DNA from: Ministeria vibrans ATCC 50519
Taxonomy: Eukaryota; Protista; Filasterea
Direction: 5' to 3'
Assembly: GCA_943704425.1 (NCBI GenBank)
Contig: CALSCP010002426.1
Coordinates: forward strand, 42,565-106,564
DNA: 64,000 bases
A program made the position numbers and the translations under genes. The notes beneath the pieces were generated by a model, which was given only the letters and a program-made list of their open reading frames with translations, did no database searches and was not told where the DNA came from. Below, one piece after another: positions 26,055 to 46,644 of the stretch (the first letter of the stretch is position 1; every line of letters begins with the position of its first letter).

Positions 26055-26515
26055 CTGCTATATCGCTTAAAAAAAATCCCTCCTCTCTTATTCAGTATGG
26101 CACGACCATTCTCGGCAATCTTGTACTGGAGCCGTTTGCCGTGGTGTACGAGCGTTCGGAGCCGGCACGCATTGGATTTGCCCGCAAAACATCTTGCTTT
26201 GTGTTTGACGAGCTGTGCAGTTCGCAGGCGGAGAGTCACGCCAATCTTGAAACAACCACAGCCAACGTGGTTGCCTCGTCGCTCTCGCCCGTCCTCCTCT
26301 CCGCAGCCCTCTCCTCGTCCTACAACCAGATCGACGAAGACGGCTCTGGCTCAGGCGCCTCCAACTCGGCTTCCCTCTCAGTCGCCGCGACCGCCACCAT
26401 TGCCGGCTCTGTCGTCGCCACTCTTCTCATTGCCATACTCGTTGCTGTCGCTATCGTTGAGTACCGTAGACGTCTCCGCGTCCCCGAACCAACTTACGTC
26501 CTTATCAAGTCGTAA
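24322..26515 (+). CDS. Type-I membrane pepsin-like (A1) aspartic protease, BACE-like
   Basis: Signal peptide; catalytic LVDSGS and AIVDSGTT; GILGLAY; ILGN...RIGFARKTSC; TM IAGSVVATLLIAILVAVAIV; short tail ending PEPTYVLIKS*. Five exons. Confidence 0.85.
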
Positions 26516-26623
26516 TTTTTTAATTTCGTTAAATAAAAAAAAAATATAATTGTATCAAACTATTACACACATTTTCGTTACATCTTTACATCCTCCCTTT
26601 TTGTTTGTTTTTTTGTTTTTTTA

Positions 26624-34345
<7,722 letters not shown>

Positions 34346-34624
34346 GGTTGGCGAACGAAAGACAGGGGGAAACGCTGAAGAATGAAATTGTTCTGCGAAA
34401 ATTTGATTCTTAAATCACTCATTCTTTGGTTCGATCAACCAAAAACAACAAAGAATAGCCTGCACCAAATAACAGGACTCTCGGACTGCCAGAGCGAGCA
34501 CTACGCAAATAATCCACGTCAAACCAAACTCTAGCAATAAAAAGACTAGAAAGACCCCAGACGTGCGCAGTGACTGACTGACTGTAATCACTTTTATTCA
34601 TTGTTCAACTCTTATCATATTTTC

Positions 34625-36058
34625 ATGAACAATAATAATAATAAATATTATTGGCTAGAAAGCCTGGAGGATATAGGACGACAGGCGAGTGTATTTAACA
34701 ATGGACGAATGGTGATGACGCTGGGTGACAGAGAGTGCGACAGCCGCTACGGCACGGGTGGGATGGTGTGGAACGTATTAGGGCTGCTGCACACTCTCGA
34801 TGCGACTGTGTACGCGCCCGGCGTGCTGGGTCCGTTGGCCGAGACGTGTGCTTTTCATGAGAAAACGTGGGGATTTGGGGCGTCGCGACTGGCGGCGACA
34901 GTTGGACTGCTTGCGAGGGTGTCGCGTCGCTGTGTGGAGCAAGGTTACGACAAGGCGTCACTTCGACGTCGGCTGTGGTCTGCCGTGCGGCTCGTCACGT
35001 CGTACTGGTCACAGCGTCGATGCGACGTCTTTGAGACGAGCGTGGATCGTGCGGGAAGGATTGCGCGCCTACGTGACGCACTACGGCAGCGACCCATCGA
35101 TTGGGACATTGGCGAAGCTGTGTGGAAAGCAATCAGTGCATGCACACACTCCTCGGCGCATGTTGAGGTACACGTGGATGTGTGTCGGCGTGCCCAATGC
35201 GCGAGGGTGCTCGTCGATGGCTTCACGACGTCTCTCTCGGGCGCATTACTGGCCTTGGATGCTAACGAGAGCGTGCGAAGCATAGTAGTTGTCGGCGAAA
35301 TCTCGACCGATGCGGTTCACGTTGGATATACAGGAAGTTACGAACGTCAGCACACGCGCGTTGTGCGCGACGCCAACGATATGAATGGTTTGGACTGGGG
35401 TGGAGACATTGACGCGTCGAGTGCCAGTTGGCTAGACGAGGTCTTTGCGGTGTTGGGTGCACTACGAGTGCGAGCGGTGGTCACGGCTGGACGCTACGTA
35501 GCACCCTCGTTTCGTGAGAGGTGTGTGCACGAGCAAGTATCCTTGATAGAACTGGGAGGGTTGCGTCAGGCGCACATTCTAGCTGCGTCTCTTGCCGTGG
35601 ACGTGGTGCACTACGTAACGGACGCCTCCGACAATCAGTGCGCGCCTGTGCGTCTTCAGCAGGAGCAGGAAAACGGAGCCGAGCCAAGTGTACAGTTGGT
35701 TGTGTGCGACGGTGTCAGCGCACTCTCAGTTGCGGGTTACACGGAGACGATGGCGCATCGTCGTGCGGCACAGGCACGCGAGCTACTGTGCGAAGTGGAG
35801 GCGCTTCTTGGTAGTGACTGGTTGGTGCCGGAGCAGCCGGTGGGAGACGCGGCGCGCTTTCTAATGCAGCGGACAGGCGAGTCATGTGCGGTCATGCGTG
35901 CACTTGCGGAAGAGATGGAGAGAGATGGTTGGGTAGGCGACGACGGCATCGTATCTGATGGGCCTTGCGAAGGCTCGAGTTTGTGTGCGGTCTGGACGAC
36001 CGCGTGTCATTTTATTGTGGCATTTCCACAGGTTGTGTTCCTATCGAATGTGACGTGA
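34625..36058 (+). CDS. BBS12: Chaperonin-like Bardet-Biedl protein BBS12 homolog
   Basis: Intronless ORF. LLHTLDAT...LAETCAFHEKTWGFGASRL...CVEQG and VVGEISTDAVHVGY...WLDEVFAVL...LAASLAVDVVHYVT match recalled BBS12 blocks (LLESLDLT...TYRTGISTL; IEGDLTENYRHLGF...WANHVLQVL...AEAAGAVQVAYIT). Confidence 0.7.
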   Translation: MNNNNNKYYWLESLEDIGRQASVFNNGRMVMTLGDRECDSRYGTGGMVWNVLGLLHTLDATVYAPGVLGPLAETCAFHEKTWGFGASRLAATVGLLARVSRRCVEQGYDKASLRRRLWSAVRLVTSYWSQRRCDVFETSVDRAGRIARLRDALRQRPIDWDIGEAVWKAISACTHSSAHVEVHVDVCRRAQCARVLVDGFTTSLSGALLALDANESVRSIVVVGEISTDAVHVGYTGSYERQHTRVVRDANDMNGLDWGGDIDASSASWLDEVFAVLGALRVRAVVTAGRYVAPSFRERCVHEQVSLIELGGLRQAHILAASLAVDVVHYVTDASDNQCAPVRLQQEQENGAEPSVQLVVCDGVSALSVAGYTETMAHRRAAQARELLCEVEALLGSDWLVPEQPVGDAARFLMQRTGESCAVMRALAEEMERDGWVGDDGIVSDGPCEGSSLCAVWTTACHFIVAFPQVVFLSNVT

Positions 36059-36089
36059 TGCAGAAAAGAGAAAATAGGATGAATGTACT

Positions 36090-37301
36090 CTACTGGTCCT
36101 TGGCTTTGACTTGGTGGTAGCCACCGGGCAGGATTACATGGTGGTTTTTGAACTGGGGACTGTCGCGGAAGAGACGGTCTGTGCCGTGCAGGTAGTCGAG
36201 GAGGCCGATGACGCCAAAGCACGTGTCGAATTTGAGGTGATGGAAGTCGTGGAATCTACGAGGTGACGGGAAGGGAATCAAATTGATTGAGCTGGTGTGG
36301 ATGTTTGTACTCGGAAGAGGGCAGGAAGAAGAGGTGGTAGCCTGAATGAGAGATGATGGTGCTAATGATGGCGATGACGGCCCAGAACCAGAATACTGTG
36401 ACATGCGAGCGCATAAGGAGTGGCCCCAAAGCAATTGGAAAGACATTGCTCAACAGGTGTTCAATGGGATGTGCGTAAATGGCTGCAAACGAGACGCTGG
36501 CCTTCCACTGCAGAATAAAGGCGCATGAGTACTATACAATAATAGACTTTGACGTTGCCCTCACTTCGTGATGAATTTTGTGAATTCGCTTGTACAAGAA
36601 CGGAACGTGAAGCAATCGGTGTGAGTAGTAGAAGCCAATCTAAGGAGAAGGGTTGTTGAGGAGGCAGGGACAGGAGCGAGAGCACTGAATAACCTCTTCG
36701 ACCATGACAATAACAAACATGTCGCGCAGAAAGACGGACAGCGACGGAAGAGGGTCGCGGAAAGGCAAATCCAACTTCTCGACAACTGGCCAGGCGGCGA
36801 GCATGACCACAAACATCAGGAGTTGGTTGAGGACGGCTCGCTTGAGTCCGGCACGCAGTCGACCTGAAAAGGATGAGATGACAGAGAGACATAACATGGG
36901 GAGTTGGGGAATGCAAATGGGGCGACAACCAGGCTGAGCCGGCGCAAACGTAGTTTAGCGTGCCTGTTTACAGCGTATGCGCATCATAGAATCTCGGTGG
37001 CGAGTGAATAGCGCGAATGCAGATTAGTTTTTCACGTGAAATAATGTAAACACTGGACATAAACAAAGGCCTTCCCGCCGACTGCGCATGACGCGTATGG
37101 CATACCTGGCTCCAGAGGCGCATTCTGCCCCGGCTGCACCTTGTAGGCCTTCATCCATTCCCACTGGTACACATCAGCGAGAGTGAAAAAGCCGCAGACC
37201 GACCAGAAGACAATCAGATGCAGCGCCATTGTGACGCCCACCCATAGCTGTGCGTCAGTAAAGTGTGGCGCAACGTGTTGCTGGTAAATGTCGTTGAGCA
37301 T
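36090..37301 (-). CDS. Sterol desaturase / fatty acid hydroxylase family protein, FAXDC2-like
   Basis: Histidine boxes [19 protein letters not shown]|[28 protein letters not shown]. Five exons. Confidence 0.9.
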
Positions 37302-37454
37302 CGACAGTAGAAAGAAAGACTTAAGGAAAAGAAAATGAAAAGGTGAAAGCTGATCTTTGGAAATGTCTTCTTCTTCTTCAGATTATTCAGTGTCATAACT
37401 CACGATAACATCCAACCTTCTCCACCACACGCCTTCCTTGAAACATATACTGCC

Positions 37455-38566
37455 ATGTACGACGACTACGACGACGACGACGATCTCGAGATTCACGTTC
37501 CCGACTCGATCGAGGCGCTGGGTGCGCTCTCGATCACGGCTGTGTCGTCGGCCCTGATTGCAGCCGTGTCCGCCCCGTGGGACTGCAGTAAATGCCTGCT
37601 GCAGGTGCACTACATGCCAAAAGAGTAAGCGACGCCGCATCCGTTGGAAGTCGTGCGAGAGAAGAAAAAGAGAAAAAAAACCCCTAAGTGAACGATTTCT
37701 CGCAGTCTCCTACGCTCCGTTTCGACCCGGGAAGCCAACAATGCAGGCGCCAATGTTGAAAGTGACGATGATTATATGATTGCGAAGAAGCGGAGCACGA
37801 GCGACACCGGCGTTTACGACATGGGCGCGAGTCTGATCGAAGCGACCGGCTCGCGCTGGTCGCTCTGGCGCGGAGCCAAAGCATTGGGCATCCATCGGTT
37901 TCTGTGGCAGCCCTTACGGCGATATGTCGAGGGCAAGGTTGTGAATGTGCTGGTGACGGACTGGACGCCGACGCTGTGGGACATGAGCGTGCTGTCTGCC
38001 TGCTCCGGTCTGGTCGGCGTCATTTTGAGCCCCTTCTTTGCAGCTCACACGGCGCTCGTGGTGCAGGATCACCGCGACACGACGCGCCCTCGCACTGTAC
38101 AGGCTATCATTCGCAGCAGACTCAACACACATGGCGTTGCCGGTCTCTATCCATTCATGGGGATCGAGTTTGTCTACTGCTCACTGCGCAGTTTTCTCTC
38201 GGCCAGCGATCTCATTCTGCAGGTGAAAAGACTCAACCCCTTCTCACACTCGATATTTATCTATAATATATCTATCACTTTGTTTTTTTTTTTTTCTCCC
38301 TATCCATTTCTCTCTTACTTTTGTGTGTACGCGCACAGGGCATGTGTGGGCTCAACCCAGAGTTCACTCTCGTCTACGCGCTGGGTGAGCTGGCGCTGAT
38401 TGCTGTCCGCTTGGCGACCGAACTGCCCATGGAGACGATCCGCAGACGTCTGTATGTGCAGGCGTACGTACAGGAGGACCGACATATGACTGTTGTTCGC
38501 GTCAACCACGCTGCCGCCCCGTACGGTGGCTTCTGGGACGCCGTTGCCCGCATCACAGCTGAAGAG
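37455..38566 (+). CDS. Ugo1/SLC25A46-like degenerate mitochondrial carrier (outer-membrane fusion), 3'-truncated
   Basis: APWDCSKCLLQVHY, WSLWRG, VILSPF...LVVQ, ELPMETIRRRLYVQ, PYGGFWDAVARITAEE|. The next intron runs into (CT)n and no last exon follows. Confidence 0.65.
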
Positions 38567-38629
38567 GTCCGTGCTTTGGACACTTTGTTTTTGTTTTTGT
38601 GCTCATTCTCACACACTCTCTCTCTTTCT

Positions 38630-38897
<268 letters not shown>

Positions 38898-38913
38898 TCT
38901 CCCTGATAGATAC

Positions 38914-39475
38914 CTTGTGTGGGTCAACGATTTGCATGTAGAGCACTCCGTCAATGTGGAGAATGACATTGTCGCGCGTGATTGCCGTCTGCGACGGAAG
39001 CACAATCGCATTTTCCTTGAGCGAGTGCACATACGCAATGTTCTCAATGACCGGCACAATCACATTCACTCCGGGATTCAACACACGAGAGTACTTTCCC
39101 ATCGATTCAATCACCCACGCCTGCTGCTGCGGTACAAAATTGATCACAGTGTTGATCGGCTTGGGCGCGCGACGTCTGCAAAGGGGCGGAAGGAGAGTGA
39201 AACAAAAAAAGAAGAAAAAAATTGAGTCAACCGTATCTAATGCGCTCAATACGCAATCTCTCAGGCAGCCCACCCCCGTCTTGCGCACACATCATAGAAC
39301 TTACGTTTTGTTGCTGACTGTGCGCGTGCGCATCAGCATCGACGTTGCCTGTGAAGAGGAGAAGAGGGAAATGAAGAGGCTCAGGCGGCAAATGACAAAA
39401 GAGACACAAAAATCGTCTCCCGCTTACTGTTCGTCCCACGAGCGAGGCAGCTCTCTGGTTCAAATGACGAAGCAT
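38914..39475 (-). CDS. STOML2: Stomatin-like protein 2 (mitochondrial SPFH), 3'-truncated
   Basis: Arg-rich presequence, then NTVINFVPQQQAWVIESMGKY...YVHSLKENAIVLPSQTAITRDNVILHIDGVLY...DPHK|gt. The remaining exons are missing. Confidence 0.9.
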
Positions 39476-39692
39476 AATAGACTTTCAGAAGATGAGAGAA
39501 TAAGTTGTAAAGTAAAATGAATTAATGATAGGAAAGTTTTAAGATAGAAACTAAAACAATGATAAATTTAATAATTAATAATTTAATACAATTCTATCAT
39601 CTCTTTGCTCTACCACTCACACTATCCGACGCATTCACCTTTGTGCTTGGCTTGCCACCGCCGACGAGAGCCCGCTCCATAATTCTGGCGTC

Positions 39693-39959
39693 ATGTTTTG
39701 CATTCAAACGATGTTACCACTGCTCCTCATTTGTCGCCCTGCCAACACACTCGCCATCCAGCAAGTCGCCGTCATGCTGCACTTCATCCTCGTTTGCTTC
39801 CTCCATGAGCCCTGCGTGCCCTGTACGCTCGTCTTTCTCGTCCTGTTTTCCTTTGTCAGTCTCGGCCAAACGGCCTCCGACTGGTTTGGCGTCGGCAGCG
39901 CCTTCTACGACGCCCCGCTCTTCGACTTGCCCGCCATGCCGTGGGCTCCCTATATGTAA
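39693..39959 (+). CDS. BLCAP: BLCAP/BC10 small membrane protein
   Basis: MFCIQTMLPLLLICRP...CFLHEPCVPCTLVFL versus recalled BLCAP MYCLQWLLPVLLIPKP...ERKPCTICALVFL. 88 aa, single exon. Confidence 0.8.
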   Translation: MFCIQTMLPLLLICRPANTLAIQQVAVMLHFILVCFLHEPCVPCTLVFLVLFSFVSLGQTASDWFGVGSAFYDAPLFDLPAMPWAPYM

Positions 39960-40578
39960 CCAAGTATATGTAACCAAGCGTGCCACTATGCGCGCAACAA
40001 CGTGAAAATTTATAAATTAAGTAATGTACGACATTGTAAATAAATATGATGGGAAGTGCAGAGACAACGTTGAGTGGGTTGGTTTCACCTGACGAGCAGA
40101 CGGTGGATGCGCGTTTTGCGCTCACCGCTGCCGCCATCGTCGTGTACCATTGTTAGGAGATGCACAAGGACGAGCCTCGTCGGACTTAAACACTCGATAT
40201 TCTATGACATGGTGTTCCTCTTCAGCCTGTGCACTCGACGGCCTCCGACTCCCATCTGTTTCTCGCTGCCTCCCGGGACGCTTCCTGGCTCCAACTGGTC
40301 GCAGAGACTGTCAACAGTGAGACAGGGTGTCTCTTGGCGATGCTCGATGGCTCGGCAGCCACCAGTGTGCCCACTGCTGTTCATCGTTGCTGCAGAAGAC
40401 TACCCCGACCATGAGTTTGCCGATAGAGAAAAGGGAGCAGGCGCTGTGACAATATTTCAACAAATCGATGGCGCCCAATACAATCATAGCCAATGTTCAA
40501 TCCACAGTGTGAAACGTTTAATAAGTTAAGTTAGTTCTGCTTTTTTGTACACACACATAATAATAAATAAGGTCACTC

Positions 40579-40737
40579 TCAACACTCAAAAATATTCCTC
40601 AGTCGCCTTGACTCCTGCTCCGAAATCGGAGGCAACAGAGCCATCAACGATCGCGGTGTTGATGGTGGCTGTTGGATAGAAGTGAATCCCACTTCCTCCT
40701 CCTCCTCCTCCTCCTCCTCCTCCTCCTCCTCCTCCTC

Positions 40738-40769
<32 letters not shown>

Positions 40770-43700
40770 CTTCGTATTCTCCTTCTTCCTCTTCCTCATC
40801 CTCCTCTTCTTCTTTTTGTTCTTCCTCCTCCTCTTCTTCTTCCTCATCATCCTCCTCATCATCATCACAACTGCCTCCTTCATTGTCGTCACTCTCTTCA
40901 CTTCCCACCCTTCCCGCATAGCCCCCTACTTCAACAGCAAACTCCCCGAAATCGACCAAATCCAAAGTGCTCCCAGAGCCACTCGTCGAGTCGCCTCGAT
41001 AGTGTCTCTTCACCACCCGCTCTGCCGCCACAGCGACATCATCGTCGTCGTCGTCACGTCCGCGCCCAATGCTCGAGCACAACTCCCCCATCTCCTCCAG
41101 TTGTCTTGCCAACGCGGTTCTTCCTTCTTTCAGCATTGTCTCCTCTGCCGTACTCTCCACCCCTTCCCTCGCCCGCGCCGCCATCGACATTGGCCTTCTT
41201 TCTTCTTGATGCTGCCGAGTAGCACACAGCTCCACCTTCACCTTGAGCTGCCCCACCACGTCCGCCACCGCTCCCGTTCGCCTCACATGGTACCAGCCGT
41301 CAACTTGTCCCCACAGTCCACGCACCACCGCACTCACGTCCACCACTGCAACTCCAACAAGGTCATCGTCCGTGCCAACCGTCTCGCCACTCACACACTC
41401 ACGCCCTGTGCGCCACAGTGAAAACGACAAACACGCCTCTTCGTCGTCGTGTGCCTCCAGTCGACACTCGCTCACATGATTAAACACAGGAGCACCCACA
41501 CTCGTCGTGCTCACTCCGGTGTGAGCATACGCAAACACATGGTCACGGTGCCCGGTCTGGTAAGTCACATAGAATCGTCCGTGTGTCTCGTGCACTCGTC
41601 CGCATTCAATCTCAACTCGCAAGGCATCAGATTTCCGCGACAGCTCCGCCATCCCAACCAATTCGCCCTTCCCACCACTCTCACCACCCTCCTTCCCCCC
41701 TTCCTCCGTGTCCATCTGCCGAAGAAAATCTCGCACAGCGCTTATTGTATCGTTCACTGCCGATCGCACAGGACCCACCGACTCTGACAACGACTCGTGT
41801 GGCGTTGTCTCTTCCTGCAACGCCCCTTCATCAGCCTCTTCTCTCTGCACCTTCCGCAACATCACGCGTGTCATCAGCTCGCCCGTTTTCAGCTGGCTCG
41901 ACTGTTGCATCACAAGCACACACGTGCCGTCCATAACCGTCTGCGGGAGTCCATCGTCAACGGCCTCTTTCTCAAGCTGTGCTGCAATCACTTCGCCGCA
42001 CTGCACATTCGCCGAGGCAACACACTCGCCGCTGTCCCCGGCAGTTGACGCGCCCACAAACCGCCATACTTCAATGTGCACCCCACACCTGCCCAAGCGA
42101 GCAAGAATCGCCTTTCCGCCCACCACACTACTGTGATGCGCCACTCGAATGTGCTCGCCCGTTCGCATCGCATACCGCTTCGACGACACAGACGTGGTCC
42201 CGTCGCCTCGACTGCATCGCAACTCAAAGTAACTCGCGACACCAGTCACACTGCTCGTGGTGTCCTCGGCGGGCATCTCAATGCCGGTCACGTCCACTTC
42301 AAAGCACCAGCAAGCGGCCACGCGTGGCGTTCTCATCGTCTCGTCCCCAACACCCGCGACAAAGCTCAGACTCAAGTCCAGTGCGCCCACAGTGACTTGG
42401 CGATGCAAAGAATCCGCAGTCACAGTATTGTTCACCAAGGGCGGCAACGACAACGGGTGCCAGCCAAACACCCCTCCAGTGGGCTGACTCTCGTCCACAA
42501 GAGAATGCAAGAGCACACGAGATTGACCCAGCAGCAGATCACCGGTGCGCACGGCGGCCACAGATGAAGCACCATCCGGCATGTACCGCGTGGACTGCGT
42601 CTCGGGAAACAACTCGGGCTCCAGTGCACTCGAAGGCCGATGCCATACTTCCACAATAGCGCTGCTCGACCGCATGTGCTCCACCATGTGCGCATCAAAC
42701 GACACGCAAAAGGTTGTCGAGTGACCAAACTCGGGCGAAAAACTCCGTGCAATGGGCAGGGTACAATGCACAAGATCCCTGTCCGAGTCGTCGTCGTGCT
42801 CAGGTGCAAAACGGAAGCGCACAAACGCGTTGACGCCAACATGACTCGCAAGGCCAAGTTGTGCCTGGTGGGATTCGTCGCGTGCCAAGTGCAACACGGA
42901 TGTCTTGAGACCGGTCGCGCGTCGAAGACGCAACGAGAGCACACGACGCGGCACGGCGTCCATCAGAAGGGAGCGTGGATCGGACACAAAGAGCACACGT
43001 CGAGTGTAGCCAAGGCGCACCTCGAGCGTACCCGATGATGGCAGTGATGCGGACACGCGTGGCGCGTCCACACCGACCACAGGAAGCCGAAAGAGTCGTC
43101 CCGACGATGACACCGTCGCGGTCGACACAAAGTCCCACAATTCGGATGCAGACAAGCTTGCACGAGCGACCATTCGACTGCACATGTGCGGATGGTAGCG
43201 ACGCTGCCACAGCTCAAACACCCATGGCAATGCTGCAGCAGGCGCAGTCGTGCTGGTGGCGGTAGTCGAGCTCACTTCCGAGAACAAGTGGTGGCGCGAA
43301 AGAACGCGAGGACCTACCAGTGAATGGCGCGAGCGTGAGTTGAAGAGTACGTCAGGGACGCACAGGGCCACGCGACTTTGGAAGGCATCCTCCATGCAAT
43401 CCTGTTGGGCAGTGCCTGGTGGGAAGTGGAATCGCACAAAACAGTCAGCTTCGCCCCAAAGAACACTCCCAAAGAGATCCAGCGCACGGCCACGGTCCAC
43501 AGTCACGTCAAAGATGTGCTCTGTGTCGTGTAACGATGGAGTGGCAGTGTCGTGTAAACGTTCAACCGTGGTGACCGTCGCTGCAGTCGCCACCGATGAC
43601 TGTTGACTCTCTGTCTGTATCACATCCCCACTTTGTTGCTGTTGATGTTGATCGCGCAAGGAACGCATCAAAACGGACGCGTGCTCGGCTCGAATCTGTT

Positions 43701-46364
43701 CGCGTGTGCCCAATGCCAACACGCAGTGAATTTGTCCCTGAACGCGACCGCTCGTTGGACACACCACGTCGCACCATTGATCACAGGCAACAAGAGGAAG
43801 TCGGTCGTGTGCAAGAGCGTCCGCAACACTCGGCAAGCTGTACGACAGATAGAGAGAATGCAACGGCACCTTACAAAGACCTAACAACGTGTCGTCGTCG
43901 TCGTCGTCGTTTTCCCCGCTGTCATCGTCGCCGTCCTCGTCGCTTTGCTCTCGCTGCGGCTTGCCCACCCAACACTCAATGACAAGCATGCTGTCGTGGA
44001 GACGACGCAAAAAAGCCTCGTCCGTCTGCACCGTCTCGCAGCAGTGAAAGTCGTACACGGCCAAGTCGTGCTTTGTTTGTGACGTCGCCAGCAGCGGGCG
44101 TACCGTCGTCGGCATTGAGTGTGAGCCAAGGGAGCGCACAATGAGCGTCGGTGGCTGCGCGCCAGCCCGAAGCCCACGCGCCGCAAGCACCGCCAAGTAG
44201 CTGTCTAGCGGGCGTGCAACAGTCGTCGTTGTGGATGCACCCACCCCCAAGTCAGCACGATCGTGGTGGGTGCCATCGCTGGTCGTGGACGCATCTGCTT
44301 CGGCTCGCTTTTCAAGAAGCTCCACCGAGACGTGCAATGAGCCAGCGGACGTGGCCACATTGAGTGGTGTGCTCACACGCATCGAGTCGCTAAAGAGGAG
44401 CGCTGCAAGCGGTAGACGAGCCGAGCCAATCTCGTGGAGCGCCGTCGTGGGTAGGACTGCTGCGCTTTTGCGGGTGTGCTGCAGAACACGAAATTGCAAG
44501 ACTCCACGCTCAGCCGAGAGCCACTCGTCTAAGTCTGCATCGCCCATGCACACTGGGAAGCGATGGGTGACCCCAAAGGCAACCACATGCTGCGAAGAAG
44601 ACGACAGCAACATCGACGACGACGATGTTGATGATGATGATGATGCGCCCACAGAGACAGCGCTCTGAGACACGCGTGTGACGCGAGAGCGATTAGCGTC
44701 GCTCGCCAATGGGAATGCGTACTCAACCACAAATCCCGTCGGCGGCGATGCCTGCGCCAGGGCCGGTGCAAAAATATCGACAGTGACAGCACACTCGCGC
44801 ACACGTGCAAAGCGCGCCATCTTGTGCGTGCCTAAGACCGCAAGTGCAGCACTATGGATACGTTCGGAGATAGGCGCGCCTCGAGCAGTCGCCCAAGGCG
44901 GGTTGCCGTTGTCGTTGTCGTCGCTATTGTTATTGTCGTTGAAGTAAAAGAGCTCTTCCAAGAGCACCGAGTCATGCATGGGGTCACCCAGTGACGAACA
45001 GCATGTCACTTCGTTCTCGTCAAAGGTATTGTTTAGCAGAGTGGACTGATCCTCTTGCGAGTGTTGTTGTTGTTGCTGTTGCTGTTGCTGCTGTTGTTGT
45101 TGTTGTTGTGGTTGATGTGGTTGTTGTGATTGTTGTGGTTGGTGAGAGTGAAAGTGAGGGTTGTTACTGCCCTCACTTGAAAGAGACTGGTCGTGATGAT
45201 GATGGTGGTAGTTGCGCTCGGAGGCAATGTGTCCATCGAGAAACGGAGTGCGCAATGCTTGGGAGAGCGCTTCGGCGTCATCGGTGTTGCCGTGCTCCTG
45301 GAGCGCACGGTCCATCTCGTCGCGCAGACGTTCTCCACGCACCAACAGTGAGTCCAGTAGCGCCGTGTCAATCGACTCCTTGTTGTTGTCGCGCTCGAAA
45401 CTTCTCTTAATGTTGTCTCTCGTCGCCGTGTTCTCGCAGTCGCCGTTGTGTGTGTCCCTTGGGCCGAGTGTCTTGCTGTTGTCCTTGTTGTCCAAACTCA
45501 CATGAGTGTTGTCCTCGCCCTCAAGAAGGTCAAGTTGCTCGCCAGTCATGTCACCGATCTCTTCGACGGCACCCTCAAAGGGAAACACGCCGTGATCCTC
45601 TGCAGTGTCAACGCCAAAGCAAGAGTCGTTGGAGGTGTCACCTTCGTGTGCGCTCAAGCTAAGGATATCATCACCAGGGACAGACGCAGCATCTTCCGTA
45701 GACGACAGAACCAAGTCGGGATCGTCAACAGCGGCCGAGACACTCAACGATGACTCCTCAGTGACTATATGAAAAAGGCGGTCAATTTTTTGCGAATTTT
45801 TTTTTTAAAAAAAAAAAAGAAAAAAGCAGAAACACACAATTTCGTACCAATGGGAGTCGTTTGGACGGCCGTTACGTCGTCCAGGGCAACACTGACAAAC
45901 AAAGAGCCGACGACAATGCCGGCGCGCGAGCGAAGAGACACGGTACGCTCCAACGGTCGACCAACGTCCAAATGCGCAAATGAGACGGTCGCAGTTCCGG
46001 CGACACTGCCCGTGGCTTCGCGCACCACCCGCACCGACAAGGTGGACATGTCTTTGAGGTAGGAGAGGAAGCGCTGGCGCCCGGCGCGCACGTCGTAGAC
46101 GGCTGCAACGGCCGGAGTGGCATCGCCAGCCAACGTTTGAATGAGCGGCACTGAAGTGGCGGGTCTCGACGCGTCCGTGGCCGACATCCCCGTTGACGTG
46201 GCCGCTGAATGTTCGCCCCACCACGTGACCTGGCCTACCACGCTTCCGCCGTCGAGATGGCGCTGGTGGTTCCACACGACGGCACCGAGGCGCAACGTCA
46301 AACGGCTGCGCACCCGTCCATGAACAAACGGCGGCAACGTAACCGCCGGAGTCCACACCCTCAT
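40579..46364 (-). CDS. C2CD3: Distal centriole protein C2CD3
   Basis: Exon 1 (46364-45848) TLPPFVHGRVR...VTWWGE...YDVRAGRQRFLSYLKDM matches the C2CD3 N-terminus. Exon 2 (45764-40579) carries C2-like domains (LGLCKVPLHSLY, WGEADCFVRFHFP, GQVDGWYHV) and ends EQESRRLRNIF. Confidence 0.88.
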
Positions 46365-46644
46365 ACAGAGTAGCTCACACGTTTGTGTGCACTTGAATGA
46401 TAGCAATATAAACTGTGAAGTGTGATTACTGAATTGTGAATGAGGAGAGTTATGACTTATGAGACTGTTATTCGGACACACTTCGGACAACTCGGGACTG
46501 TGGAGCTCTTGAATCTTGAGTCGTGAATGACCCAATAACAAACTAAATCTAGTAAACCAGACTTTGACTGACTTTGGACTTTGCCGAGTTATGAGAATAA
46601 TTGAAGAAGACATTTTAAATTGTTACAAGTTATGATTTTGACTT

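Noticed and set aside
38905-38913. U12-type donor (GTATCT) in STOML2
   Set aside because: Does not match GTATCCTT, and no U12 branch site is visible.
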